From contig JAAWBD010000093.1 in the NCBI GenBank assembly GCA_022792495.1, positions 1,155 through 65,154 of the forward strand: a DNA stretch of 64,000 nt, written 5' to 3'. The first letter of the stretch is position 1. Each line of letters opens with the position of its first letter. The stretch is from Oscillospiraceae bacterium (GTDB taxonomy: Bacteria > Bacillota > Clostridia > Oscillospirales > Oscillospiraceae). Below the pieces are notes generated by a model that worked only from the letters and a program-made list of their open reading frames with translations, did not search any database and was not told the origin of the DNA. Positions 8,700-17,513 of the stretch are shown here, in pieces. A program made the position numbers and the translations under genes.

Positions 8700-10262
8700 T
8701 TATTCACCATAGATGCTGAAGTCGGCCATCCGGCCGTCGTTATAGATGGTTCGCCAGCGGTCTGTCATCAGACCCCAGCCGCTGTTCTCATTGTAGATGA
8801 TATCGTCAAGCTCCTCCGGCATATACTCGTCACTGCGCCAATATCCCGTCCGGGCCATCTCCCCCTTGCGGAGGGTCTCCTCCGTCCACTGCCAGACCAG
8901 GGAGCCATCCTCGCTCTCCTGACTGCTGCCCGGAATCGGCTCCTCGGTAAGGTAGGCCACCTGAACAAAGACCCCGTCCCGGTAGGCATACTTCCCCCAG
9001 CCGTGGGAGACGGCGCTGTGCCGCATCTGGGATAGGATCATTTGATTTTCGGCGTCAACGGACGGGTTGGGAATGTCATGGAAGCTCTCCTGGAGAACAA
9101 AGCCGTCCTCCCGCTGAAGGAAACACTCATACCGCACCAGCTCTTGGGCCCCGAAATGTCCCAGACAGACCAGCAGATCGGGCCTTCCATCAAAGTCCAC
9201 GTCGGTAAGCACCAGGCTCCCTCCCGCGTCGGCGGTAGGCCTTTCCAGGATATCAAGGGTCTGGATGTGCCGCAGCCCCCCGGAGGTCTCCCGGGACACC
9301 AGCACCTTACACTCCCAGCCACCCCAAAAATTCTCCTCGGTCTCCTCATTCCAAAAGTCGGTGCACAGCAGCTCCACCGCCCAGCCCCCCGCCCGTAGGC
9401 GGACGTATTGTATTAACTCCCCCGTCAGCAGTTCCCCCGGCTTTTCCACCGGGGCCAAAAGCAGCTCCTCCAGGGGAAGGGGTTCCCCGTCATCCGGAGA
9501 TACCTCCAGGGCCAGGCTCTTCAGCCCCTCCGGAAGGTTCAGGCTCTCGTAGCCCTCCCCCATATAGAGATACAGGCCCTCCAGGGAGAGCTTCCCCAGC
9601 TCCCGCCAGTCCTCCTCCCTCATGGGCCGTTCTCCGTGGAGGTTCAGCTCCAGGCCCTTCAGCCTGGGGCAATATCGGAACAGATCCTCCAGGGTGGAGA
9701 TCTCCTCCTCCCCGTAGCCGTTCTCCAATTTCAGGGTCTTCACACCCTCCAGCAGGGGCCGCTCCTCCTCCGCAAGGCCGTCTGTCCCCAGCTTTTCCCG
9801 AAGCTGCCGGGACACTGCGGGATCGGCAAAGGGAAGTCCCCCCTCCGGGCTCTCCCTGGGCTCCGGGGCCTGGGAGGGCTCCAGGACAACCTCCCCGGCC
9901 CTGTGCCAGCCATCCGCCCCGCGGGCATAGATCGCGTTCCCCACATCTCCGGAGCTCACCAGGATATCATATCCCTCCCCGCTCCAGCCAATGCCCTTCA
10001 GATCCAAAGTCCGCCAGGCCTCCGGGCAGGTGTAGACCACCGTCTCCCCCTCCGTGGAGAGCACCCGGAAGGAGGCCCGGGCCGTCTCCCCATCATCCCG
10101 GCGAAAGGTCTCCAAAATATATTCCCCTTGGGAGCTCCGCTCCCCCTCCCAGCTGTGGGCTTCCTGCCGCAGCTCTCTCTGAACTCCCAGCAGAAGGGCA
10201 GCGCCCCCTATCCCCAGGAAAAGGGCCAGTCCCAGCGGAAGGAAAAACACCCATTTTTTCAA
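8700..10262 (-). CDS. Hypothetical membrane-anchored extracellular protein
   Basis: TTG start with RBS GGGGTGAGG, N-terminal TM helix, acidic ectodomain with LRR-like and DVDFDGRPDL (FG-GAP-like) stretches; the stop abuts the cysS RBS. Confidence 0.75.
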   Translation of the reverse strand: MKKWVFFLPLGLALFLGIGGAALLLGVQRELRQEAHSWEGERSSQGEYILETFRRDDGETARASFRVLSTEGETVVYTCPEAWRTLDLKGIGWSGEGYDILVSSGDVGNAIYARGADGWHRAGEVVLEPSQAPEPRESPEGGLPFADPAVSRQLREKLGTDGLAEEERPLLEGVKTLKLENGYGEEEISTLEDLFRYCPRLKGLELNLHGERPMREEDWRELGKLSLEGLYLYMGEGYESLNLPEGLKSLALEVSPDDGEPLPLEELLLAPVEKPGELLTGELIQYVRLRAGGWAVELLCTDFWNEETEENFWGGWECKVLVSRETSGGLRHIQTLDILERPTADAGGSLVLTDVDFDGRPDLLVCLGHFGAQELVRYECFLQREDGFVLQESFHDIPNPSVDAENQMILSQMRHSAVSHGWGKYAYRDGVFVQVAYLTEEPIPGSSQESEDGSLVWQWTEETLRKGEMARTGYWRSDEYMPEELDDIIYNENSGWGLMTDRWRTIYNDGRMADFSIYGE

Positions 10263-10275
10263 ATCCTCACCCCCT

Positions 10276-10500
10276 ACAAAACAAAAACGCCCCCATGCCC
10301 ACAGGCATGAGAGGCGTAGACACGCGGTTCCACTCTCGTTTTCACTCAAGGGCCGGTAACGGGGCCGAATCGTGGGGCATTACCCCCAACGCTCCCGGAT
10401 GCAATTCACCCGCCGCCCTTCCGTGATCCCACTCTCAGCCGATGGCGGGGTCTTTCTGTCCGGGGGTATGGGGGCTACTTCTTCCGTTCACTGCGCTTAC
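10276..10500 (-). ncRNA. T-box riboswitch, cysteine specifier
   Basis: GGCTGAGAG apical motif, specifier loop GAA-T-TGC-A (UGC at 10403-10401), T-box GAGAGTGGAACCGCG (10337-10323, UGGA fits tRNA-Cys U73), terminator with T-run. Confidence 0.93.
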
Positions 10501-10508
10501 TACTCAGT

Positions 10509-10537
10509 ATATTAGCATGTTGCGGAAGGGGTGTCAA
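10509..10537 (-). promoter_or_regulatory. sigmaA promoter of the T-box leader
   Basis: TTGACA-17-TAATAT with extended TG. Confidence 0.8.
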
Positions 10538-10597
10538 GAGAGGATCCCGAAGAAAGGAAAGGAGGAATGGCTCCCCCATCCCTCCCTCCGCCTTCTC

Positions 10598-10909
10598 TCA
10601 GTCCCCAGCACTCTCCCCGGAAGGCGGGATACTCCCGGCCAGAGATTCCAGATAGCGTCTCTCTGCCCTCCCTCTGGCTCTTTTATGGATCAGAGCGCCA
10701 CCCACAAAGCAGCCGATGACGCAGGCGGCCAAAACCACCGCCTTCCCCGGGGTCACCATGCCATCCATGAGCCAGGCGATGCCGCCCAGGAGCAGCATGA
10801 GCCCAAAGCCCTGGCAGAGATCCCCCAGAAAGTGCAGAAGCGTGATACCCTTCATGGTTTTTCCCTCAGCGTCCTTGAATACCGTAATGCTCACCTTATA
10901 CCTTGCCAT
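10598..10909 (-). CDS. Small hypothetical membrane protein (2 TM)
   Basis: MARYKVSITVF..., 103 aa, RBS GGGAGGTG, two hydrophobic helices. Confidence 0.75.
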   Translation of the reverse strand: MARYKVSITVFKDAEGKTMKGITLLHFLGDLCQGFGLMLLLGGIAWLMDGMVTPGKAVVLAACVIGCFVGGALIHKRARGRAERRYLESLAGSIPPSGESAGD

Positions 10910-11014
10910 CTCAAACACCTCCCTTCTCCAAAAAGCTGCGCGCCGTGAACAAAAAGCCTCTCCGCCGCTTCTCACCGCACCGATCCCGGGGGCCTTCCGG
11001 CCCCCAGGCGGCGG

Positions 11015-11056
11015 GTGAAAAACAAAAACGCCGTGCAGGGACAACCCTACACGGCG
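11015..11056 (-). terminator. Attenuator-type terminator in the leader of the 10598-10909 gene
   Basis: cgccgtgtaggg-ttgt-ccctgcacggcg followed by TTTTTGTTTTT on the minus strand. Confidence 0.7.
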
Positions 11057-11111
11057 CAAGAAGAGACCTTCTCATGCACACAGGCGCAGGCAACGATACG
11101 AAAAACCACCC

Positions 11112-11140
11112 TTGCAAGAAGAGCCCGGCTATCGTATAAT
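11112..11140 (+). promoter_or_regulatory. sigmaA promoter of a putative antisense RNA
   Basis: TTGCAA-17-TATAAT with no downstream plus-strand gene. Confidence 0.7.
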
Positions 11141-11145
11141 ATACC

Positions 11146-11241
11146 ATGCGGTGCGGCCATATGGCCGTTGTGTAGGTGGTGGTTCACCTGCGCAGGCCTG
11201 TGGGTGTCCGACCACCCACAGGCTGCCGCATTTTTGTTTTT
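11146..11241 (+). ncRNA. Putative cis-antisense small RNA (~95 nt, cloverleaf-like)
   Basis: Own promoter; closing stem AUGCGGU/GCCGCAU encloses three hairpins; ends in a U-tract. Confidence 0.6.
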
Positions 11242-11248
11242 CACTTCG

Positions 11249-11277
11249 ATTATAGCAGGAATATTCCCATATTGCAA
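11249..11277 (-). promoter_or_regulatory. sigmaA promoter of the leader mRNA
   Basis: TTGCAA-17-TATAAT with extended TG, convergent with the 11112 promoter. Confidence 0.75.
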
Positions 11278-11336
11278 GAACCCCTTAAAGAAATTCACGG
11301 AGGAGCGCCAGGTGGCGCCCCTCCGTGAATTTTTCC

Positions 11337-11867
11337 TCAAAGCTGGCTCCAGTCAAACACATCCCGGTTTTGGATGAAATACTCCGCCCCGGAATAGAGG
11401 GTGGTCACCACAATGACCCACACACAGGCAAGCTCCACCCATCTGGGAAGGAAGGGCAGGAACATGAGAATGAGGCAGACCATGGTGGAGGCGGTTTTCA
11501 CCTTCCCCGACCAGCCGGCGGCGATGACCCGTCCCCCCTCCACGGCGATGAGGCGCATACCGGAGACTGCGAACTCCCGGAAGATAACGATGGCCACCGC
11601 CCAGGCGGGCATTTTCCCGCACTCCACAAACCAGAGCATAGCCGCCAGCACCAGCACCTTGTCGGCCAGGGGATCCATGAATTTGCCAAAGTCGGTGACC
11701 AGATTCCGGCTCCGGGCAATATGGCCGTCCAGAAGGTCGGTGAGGCTGGCCACCACAAAGACGGCCAGGGCCGCATAATTGCTGCCCTGGAAATCCAGAT
11801 AGAGGATCCCCAGAAAAACAGGGATCAGTATGACCCGCAGAAGGGTCAGCTTATTCGCGGTATTCAT
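11337..11867 (-). CDS. pgsA: CDP-diacylglycerol--glycerol-3-phosphate 3-phosphatidyltransferase
   Basis: NKLTLLR, TDLLDGHIARSRNLVTDFGKFMDPLADK. Confidence 0.97.
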   Translation of the reverse strand: MNTANKLTLLRVILIPVFLGILYLDFQGSNYAALAVFVVASLTDLLDGHIARSRNLVTDFGKFMDPLADKVLVLAAMLWFVECGKMPAWAVAIVIFREFAVSGMRLIAVEGGRVIAAGWSGKVKTASTMVCLILMFLPFLPRWVELACVWVIVVTTLYSGAEYFIQNRDVFDWSQL

Positions 11868-11871
11868 ATCC

Positions 11872-13191
11872 TCACTCCTCGATCTCACCTGTCAGGTCGC
11901 CGTCCTCGGCCCCTGTGATGCGGACATTCACAAACTCTCCCGCCGGGACAAGGCCGGCGGCGGTGAAAAAGACCCGGCCGTCCACCTCCACCGAATCGGC
12001 GTAGGTTCTGCCGGCATAGCAGCCCATCTGGGGGTCATAGCCCTCGCAGAGGACCTCCATGACAGAGCCCAGGCGGCTTTCGTTATAGCGATCCAGAACG
12101 GCGGACTGGAGCTCCACCAGCCGCTCCACCCGCTGCTGGGCCACCTCCTCCGGCACCTGGCCAGGCATATCCGCCGCCCGGGTGCCCTCCTCCCGGGAGT
12201 ACTGGAATACCCCCGCCCGCTCTATGCCCGTTTCGGTGACAAAGCGGCACAGGGCTTCAAAGTCCTCCTCCGTCTCCCCAGGCAGGCCGCAGATCAGGGA
12301 GGTTCGGAGCACCAGACCAGGAATCTTCTTCCGCAGATCCTTCAGCAGGGCGGTAAGGCTTGCCTCCGTTCCCCAGCGGTTCATGGCCTTGAGCAGATGG
12401 TCGGCACAGTGCTGAAGGGGAATGTCCAGATACTTGACGATCTTGGGCTGGGCGGCGATGACCTTCACCAGCTCCTCATCAAAGTGGTCGGGGTAGAGGT
12501 AATGGAGGCGGATCCAGCGGAAGGGTAGTTTACATAATTCCTCCAGGAGCTGGGGCAGGCGGCGCTCCCCGTACAGATCCCTGCCGTAGGGGCCGATATC
12601 CTGGGCGATGAGGATCAGCTCCTTCACCCCGCTGTCGGCCAGAGCCTTTGCCTCGGAGAGCACTGAGTCCATGCTTCGGCTGCGGTAGCGGCCCCGGAGA
12701 TAGGGTATGATGCAGAAAGCGCAGAAATTATCGCAGCCCTCGGCGATCTTCAGGAAGGCAGTGTACTGAGCCCCGGTGATGAGCCGCTCCCCCTCCTCGC
12801 TGGTGGCGGAGATGTCCCCGAACCGCTGGGGGAACTGTCCCTTTGCCATCTCCTCCACGACGGAGACGATATCGTCATAGCTACCGGTGCCCATAAGGCC
12901 GTCCACCTCAGGAAGGTCGGAGAGGATATCCTCCCGGTAGCGCTGGCTGAGACAGCCGCAGACCAGGAGCTTGCCCAGCTTCCCCTCCCCCTTCAGCTCT
13001 CCCAGGGCGATGATGTGCTCGATAGCCTCGCTCTTGGCGGCGTCGATAAACCCGCAGGTGTTGAGGACGGCTACATCGGCCCCCTCCGGATCCCCGGACA
13101 CCTGGTGCCCGGCGGCCCGGCAGAGGGCCATCATCTGTTCGGTATTGATAAGATTTTTGGAGCAGCCGAGGGAGATAAAGGCGATTTTCAA
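11872..13191 (-). CDS. rimO: Ribosomal protein S12 methylthiotransferase
   Basis: SLGCSKN, NTCGFI, EGCDNFCAFC radical-SAM motif, C-terminal TRAM domain; TTG start. Confidence 0.95.
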   Translation of the reverse strand: MKIAFISLGCSKNLINTEQMMALCRAAGHQVSGDPEGADVAVLNTCGFIDAAKSEAIEHIIALGELKGEGKLGKLLVCGCLSQRYREDILSDLPEVDGLMGTGSYDDIVSVVEEMAKGQFPQRFGDISATSEEGERLITGAQYTAFLKIAEGCDNFCAFCIIPYLRGRYRSRSMDSVLSEAKALADSGVKELILIAQDIGPYGRDLYGERRLPQLLEELCKLPFRWIRLHYLYPDHFDEELVKVIAAQPKIVKYLDIPLQHCADHLLKAMNRWGTEASLTALLKDLRKKIPGLVLRTSLICGLPGETEEDFEALCRFVTETGIERAGVFQYSREEGTRAADMPGQVPEEVAQQRVERLVELQSAVLDRYNESRLGSVMEVLCEGYDPQMGCYAGRTYADSVEVDGRVFFTAAGLVPAGEFVNVRITGAEDGDLTGEIEE

Positions 13192-13210
13192 GATGGACGT
13201 CTCCTTTTGT

Positions 13211-14023
13211 TCAGATTGGGGCGGCAAGCCGCCGGAGGAGGAAATCCTCAATGAGGGCGTTCACCTGCTCCGGGGCGTCGCAGTTGGAATTGTGGCCCGC
13301 GCCGGGAAGCCAGACCAGGGGCAGTCTCTCCTCCTTCGCCCAGCGGCGGTTATAGCCCTTGGCGGAGCCCGCCCGATCCTCCTCCCCGCAGAGGAGGAGA
13401 CAGGGGCAGTCTATTTGGTAGGGGCGGTTCAGCTCTATGGACTGGGCCAATATGCGGAAGCCGTGAACCGTCAGATCCACGTACTCCTTTTTCTTATACT
13501 CGGCCATCATCCGGGCCATCAACTCCCGGCCATAGCCGGTGGTCGAGACCCCCAGCCCCGCCTTTTGGAGTGCCTTCCAGGGGTAGGGGCGGTAGATAAG
13601 GCCGCTGTGCTTCAAAAGCCAAAGCTCCGCCGGGGTGAGGTATCTCCGCTTCAAAGGGGCGGAGTCGATGGAGATAAAGCCGGACAGGGAGCCGGGGAAC
13701 CGCTCCATAAAGCACTGGGCTACATAGCCTCCCATGGACTGGCCGATGAGAACAGGCCTTTCCAGTCTCTCCTGCCGAAGGATGGCCCGGAGCCACACCG
13801 CCTTGCTATCCAGAAAAAAATCCAGCCGGAAGGGCCGAGAGGCCCCGTGGCCGGGGGCGTCCCAGACCAGAAGGGGATACCTTCCCTCAAAGGCGGCCAG
13901 CTGTTTTTCAAACAGCCGGTGGTCGGCGGTAAGGCCCGGAAGGAATACCAGGGGCACCCCCTCCCCGGGGCTTACCCAGTAATGGATAGTTCCCAGACGG
14001 GTCTGGTAGGTCTTTTCCTCCAC
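13211..14023 (-). CDS. Alpha/beta hydrolase
   Basis: DAPGHGAS, GQSMGG nucleophile elbow, GAGHNS. Confidence 0.9.
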   Translation of the reverse strand: MEEKTYQTRLGTIHYWVSPGEGVPLVFLPGLTADHRLFEKQLAAFEGRYPLLVWDAPGHGASRPFRLDFFLDSKAVWLRAILRQERLERPVLIGQSMGGYVAQCFMERFPGSLSGFISIDSAPLKRRYLTPAELWLLKHSGLIYRPYPWKALQKAGLGVSTTGYGRELMARMMAEYKKKEYVDLTVHGFRILAQSIELNRPYQIDCPCLLLCGEEDRAGSAKGYNRRWAKEERLPLVWLPGAGHNSNCDAPEQVNALIEDFLLRRLAAPI

Positions 14024-14041
14024 AAGGCACACCTCCCCTGC

Positions 14042-14168
14042 TTACAGTCGCTGATAGACCACAATCGCCGACCAGGATCCCCCTCGCCGTACTTGTGGTA
14101 CCCCTCCTCATCCCTTCGATAGGAAGGGCGTTGAACTGGCGGATCAGCTCCTCCTTCGAAAGAGCCAC
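14042..14168 (-). pseudogene. Short remnant resembling the C-terminal region of clostridial DUF3795-type proteins
   Basis: Fragments KEELIRQFNALPIEGM, KYGEGDP and IVVYQRL* in three frames; family recalled from memory only. Confidence 0.3.
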
Positions 14169-14171
14169 GGT

Positions 14172-14828
14172 CTACTCCTCCTGAATATTGGCCCCGTACC
14201 GGTTCAGACCCTCCCGGATCTCCTCCCAACGGTAGCCCCGGCGGGCCAGGGCATCGGAGGCCCGCTTCAGCTCCCGCTGGTCAGGAGCTCCCCCCCGGAA
14301 CCGCTTTTGGAGGAAGGCGTCGATCCCTTCCTCCGGCTCCTGGGCCTCGGAAAGGGCTTCCTCCCAATACTGGCGGGGAACGCCCCGGCGGAAGAACTCA
14401 TCCCGGAGCCTTCTTTCGCCGTAGCCCTTGGCAGAGTAATGCCGGGCCACGGTCTTGGCGTATTCGGCGTCGTTCAGATAGCCCAGCTCCTCCAGCCAGT
14501 CGGCCACCTCTCCGGCTTCCTCGGAGGTGGCCAGGGGGGGACGCTCCCTCCCGTCCCTGCCCTTGGGGCGGCGGGCGGTGAGCTTATCCTCCAGCTCCCT
14601 TCGGGACATGGGGCGGGCCGAGATATAGTCCAGCGCCTTGGTGCGGATGGTGCTGCGCCGGGCAGCCTCGGTCAACTGGTCATAGAGCGTGTCAGGGATC
14701 TCCATACCGGTATAGAGGGCGAAGGAGACCACCTCGCTCTCGGTGACCCGGATGCAGGAGCCGTCCTCCAGCCAGCAAAGCCACCGCTCAGCAACATGCT
14801 TGGAGGGCTCTAATTTCTCGATCCTCAC
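14172..14828 (-). CDS. recX: Regulatory protein RecX
   Basis: Directly downstream of recA; ALDYISARPMSRREL, LEELGYLNDAEYA, ALARRGY. Confidence 0.92.
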   Translation of the reverse strand: MRIEKLEPSKHVAERWLCWLEDGSCIRVTESEVVSFALYTGMEIPDTLYDQLTEAARRSTIRTKALDYISARPMSRRELEDKLTARRPKGRDGRERPPLATSEEAGEVADWLEELGYLNDAEYAKTVARHYSAKGYGERRLRDEFFRRGVPRQYWEEALSEAQEPEEGIDAFLQKRFRGGAPDQRELKRASDALARRGYRWEEIREGLNRYGANIQEE

Positions 14829-14831
14829 CCC

Positions 14832-15986
14832 TTAGTCCGCGTCCTTAAAGTCCTCAGCGGACACATCCACCCCCCGGCTCACGCTCCGGGGCGCAGGGGC
14901 GGCGGGAGCTGCCGGGGGCGGCACAGAGGCGGCGGCGCGGGGCGCGGGCTTGCCGGGGAGGAGCTTGGCGGCGTTGGCCCGGATGTCGGCCTCCAGCTTC
15001 TCGGCCACCTCGGGGTTGTCCTTCAGGTACTGGCGGGCAGCATCCCGGCCCTGGCCGATGCGAACCTCCCCCATGGAGAACCAGGAGCCCGACTTCTGCA
15101 CCAGGCCCAGCTGAACGCCCATGTCCACCAGCTCCCCCTCCTTGGCGATGCCCTCGCCAAAGAGGATGTCAAACTCGGCCTGGCGGAAGGGGGGGGCCAC
15201 CTTGTTCTTCACGATCTTGGCCCGGACGTGGTTGCCGATGACGTCGGAGCCGTTCTTCAGGCTTTCCACCCGGCGGATGTCGATGCGGACCGAGGAATAA
15301 AACTTCAGAGCCCGACCGCCGGTAGTGACCTCCGGATTGCCATAGACCACCCCCACCTTCTCCCGAAGCTGGTTTATGAAAATGACGATACAGTTGGTCT
15401 TGGAGATGACGCCCGCCAGCTTCCGGAGGGCCTGGGACATGAGCCGGGCCAGCAGACCCACATGGGCGTCGCCCATGTCTCCCTCAATCTCGGCCCGGGG
15501 GGTCAGGGCGGCCACCGAGTCCACCACCACCACATCGATGGCGCCGGAGCGAACCAGGGCCTCACAGATCTCCAGGCCCTGCTCACCGGTGTCGGGCTGG
15601 GAGATGAGCATAGAGTCGATGTCCACCCCCAGGGCACTGGCGTAGACGGGATCCAGGGCGTGCTCGGCGTCTATGTAGGCCACCTCGCCTCCCCGTCTCT
15701 GGGCCTGGGCCACGATATGGAGGGCCAGGGTGGTCTTACCGGAGGATTCGGGGCCGTAGATCTCCACGATCCGTCCCTTGGGCACACCGCCGATCCCCAA
15801 GGCCATATCCAGGGCCAGGGAACCGGTGGGGATGGCCTCCACCACCACGTGAGAGTTCTCCCCCAGGCGCATCACCGCCCCCTTGCCGAAATCCTTCTCA
15901 ATCTGGGCCAGGGCGGTGTCCAGGGCCTTCTTTTTATCGCTGGCCTGTCCGGGCTGGGTGACCATAGGTTTCTTCTTCTCTGCCAT
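14832..15986 (-). CDS. recA: Recombinase RecA
   Basis: [37 protein letters not shown]. Confidence 0.99.
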   Translation of the reverse strand: MAEKKKPMVTQPGQASDKKKALDTALAQIEKDFGKGAVMRLGENSHVVVEAIPTGSLALDMALGIGGVPKGRIVEIYGPESSGKTTLALHIVAQAQRRGGEVAYIDAEHALDPVYASALGVDIDSMLISQPDTGEQGLEICEALVRSGAIDVVVVDSVAALTPRAEIEGDMGDAHVGLLARLMSQALRKLAGVISKTNCIVIFINQLREKVGVVYGNPEVTTGGRALKFYSSVRIDIRRVESLKNGSDVIGNHVRAKIVKNKVAPPFRQAEFDILFGEGIAKEGELVDMGVQLGLVQKSGSWFSMGEVRIGQGRDAARQYLKDNPEVAEKLEADIRANAAKLLPGKPAPRAAASVPPPAAPAAPAPRSVSRGVDVSAEDFKDAD

Positions 15987-16048
15987 TTCATTTTCCTCCT
16001 ATGTAGGCGGCGGCGCCGCATGATCTATAATTTGTACAAAAAGCTCTC

Positions 16049-16399
16049 TCAGCCGCGCAAGACCTTCTCCAGCGGCTTTCCTCCGGCCAGCTCATCCACC
16101 AGCTTATCCAGGCATCGGATCCTGCGCATCAGAGGAGCTTGTATCTCCTCCACCCGGGCACCGCAGACCACGCCGGTAATTTTCTCCCAGTTCTCATTCC
16201 ACCTTGGGGCCTGCTCAAAAAATTGAGCACAGCTCACCGACTCCCGGAGCAATCTCTCCAGCTCTTCCCGGCCATAGCCGGTGAGCCAGCCGATCACCTT
16301 GTCCAGCTCCTCCCTGGTTCGGCCCTTCCGCTCCACCTTGTTCAGGAGCAGCGGATAGATCCGGGAAAATTCCATCTGATATACCTTTTCTTCCTTCAT
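16049..16399 (-). CDS. DUF2200-family protein
   Basis: KVERKGRTREELD, ITGVVCGARVEEI, LDKLVDELA. Confidence 0.85.
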   Translation of the reverse strand: MKEEKVYQMEFSRIYPLLLNKVERKGRTREELDKVIGWLTGYGREELERLLRESVSCAQFFEQAPRWNENWEKITGVVCGARVEEIQAPLMRRIRCLDKLVDELAGGKPLEKVLRG

Positions 16400-16481
16400 G
16401 GCTCCCCCACTGGATCCTTTGATTTCTGGTTCTCTTCACGAATCTATCCTACCGCATGTGCTGTCCAATAAAAGGGACTTA

Positions 16482-17345
16482 TTATTCATTGATGGCCCCA
16501 GAGACCACCCGGAGGATGCCTTGGGTGTCCGGGAAGGTCTGGATATCCTCAAAGCCGTTCTGCCCCAGAAGGATCTCCACGTCGGAGGCCTGCCCGATCC
16601 CCACTTCAAAGAGGAGGCGACCCCCCAGCCGAAGGGCTCCCTTCCACTTGGAGCAGACCGCCCGGTAAAAGTCCAGGCCGTCCTCTCCCCCATCCAGGGC
16701 CAGGTGGGGTTCATATTCCTTCACCGAGACATCCAGGGTCAGGATATCCAAAGAGGGGATATAGGGGGGATTGCAGACGATCACGTCAAAGTCCCACAGG
16801 GCGGGCAGGGGAGGGAGCTTGGCGTCGGCGTAGGCGCAGATCACCCGGTCATTGAGTCCGCAGCGGCGGATATTCTGCCGGCAGATCCGAAGGGCTCCCT
16901 CAGACACATCGGCCAGCACCGCCCGGCACTCGGGCACATTGGCGGCCACCGCAAGGCCCACACAGCCGCTTCCGGCGCAGAGATCCAGCACCCGGCAGCC
17001 CTCTCCAGCGGCCCGGGCGGCCAGGATGGCCTGCTCGGCCAGCACCTCAGTGTCCATCCGGGGGATCAGCACCTCCCGGGACACATCCAGGGTGAGGCCG
17101 TAGAACTCCCACTCCCCGATGATATAGGCCACCGGCTCCCCCGCCAGACGGCGCTGGGTCAGCTCCAGCACTGTTTTCTCCACCTGGTCGGAGGCATAGA
17201 GGCTCAGATCCCGGTACAGCTCCTCCTTGCTCTTTCCGGAGGCATAGCAGACCATCTCCCGCGCTTCAAGCTGAGCGGAGGAGATCCCCGCCGCCTTCAG
17301 CTTCCGCCGGGCGTCCAGATAGAGGTTATTGTAGGTGGTCGCCAT
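16482..17345 (-). CDS. prmC: Release factor glutamine methyltransferase
   Basis: GEPVAYIIG, VLIPR, LDLCAGSG, NPPY, ALDGGEDGL. Confidence 0.96.
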   Translation of the reverse strand: MATTYNNLYLDARRKLKAAGISSAQLEAREMVCYASGKSKEELYRDLSLYASDQVEKTVLELTQRRLAGEPVAYIIGEWEFYGLTLDVSREVLIPRMDTEVLAEQAILAARAAGEGCRVLDLCAGSGCVGLAVAANVPECRAVLADVSEGALRICRQNIRRCGLNDRVICAYADAKLPPLPALWDFDVIVCNPPYIPSLDILTLDVSVKEYEPHLALDGGEDGLDFYRAVCSKWKGALRLGGRLLFEVGIGQASDVEILLGQNGFEDIQTFPDTQGILRVVSGAINE

Positions 17346-17362
17346 GGAATCACCCCGCTAAT

Positions 17363-17507
17363 AAGTTAAAAGTTAAAAATGAAAAAGACAAGGCCGATGG
17401 GCCCTTTTCCTGCGACGCTCTCCAAAAAGCAGGGGGGGCGGTCTCACCGTCTTTTCTATCCGGTTTCCCCCATAGCTTTTTCACTTTTAGCTTTTCATTT
17501 TTCCCTT
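17363..17507. repeat. Inverted heptamer arrays flanking a ~90-bp spacer
   Basis: aagttaaaagttaaaaatgaaaaag (17363-17387) faces ctttttcacttttagcttttcatttttccctt (17476-17507). Confidence 0.55.
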
Positions 17508-17513
17508 ATTTTT

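Noticed and set aside
10911-11147. 78-aa ORF with a hydrophobic start (MVYYTIAGLFL...) ending 1 nt before the membrane-protein ATG; possible leader peptide or toxin
   Set aside because: It has no RBS, and its N-terminus is simply the reverse complement of the antisense promoter. It cannot be supported without ribosome profiling.
11146-11241. tRNA or 6S RNA interpretation of the cloverleaf/long-hairpin region
   Set aside because: There is no TpsiC or D-loop consensus, no 7-nt anticodon loop and no CCA. An internal terminator and an opposing promoter do not fit 6S.
14832-14960. Pro/Ala-rich RecA C-terminal tail
   Set aside because: RecA tails are variable and low-complexity; there are no intein motifs.
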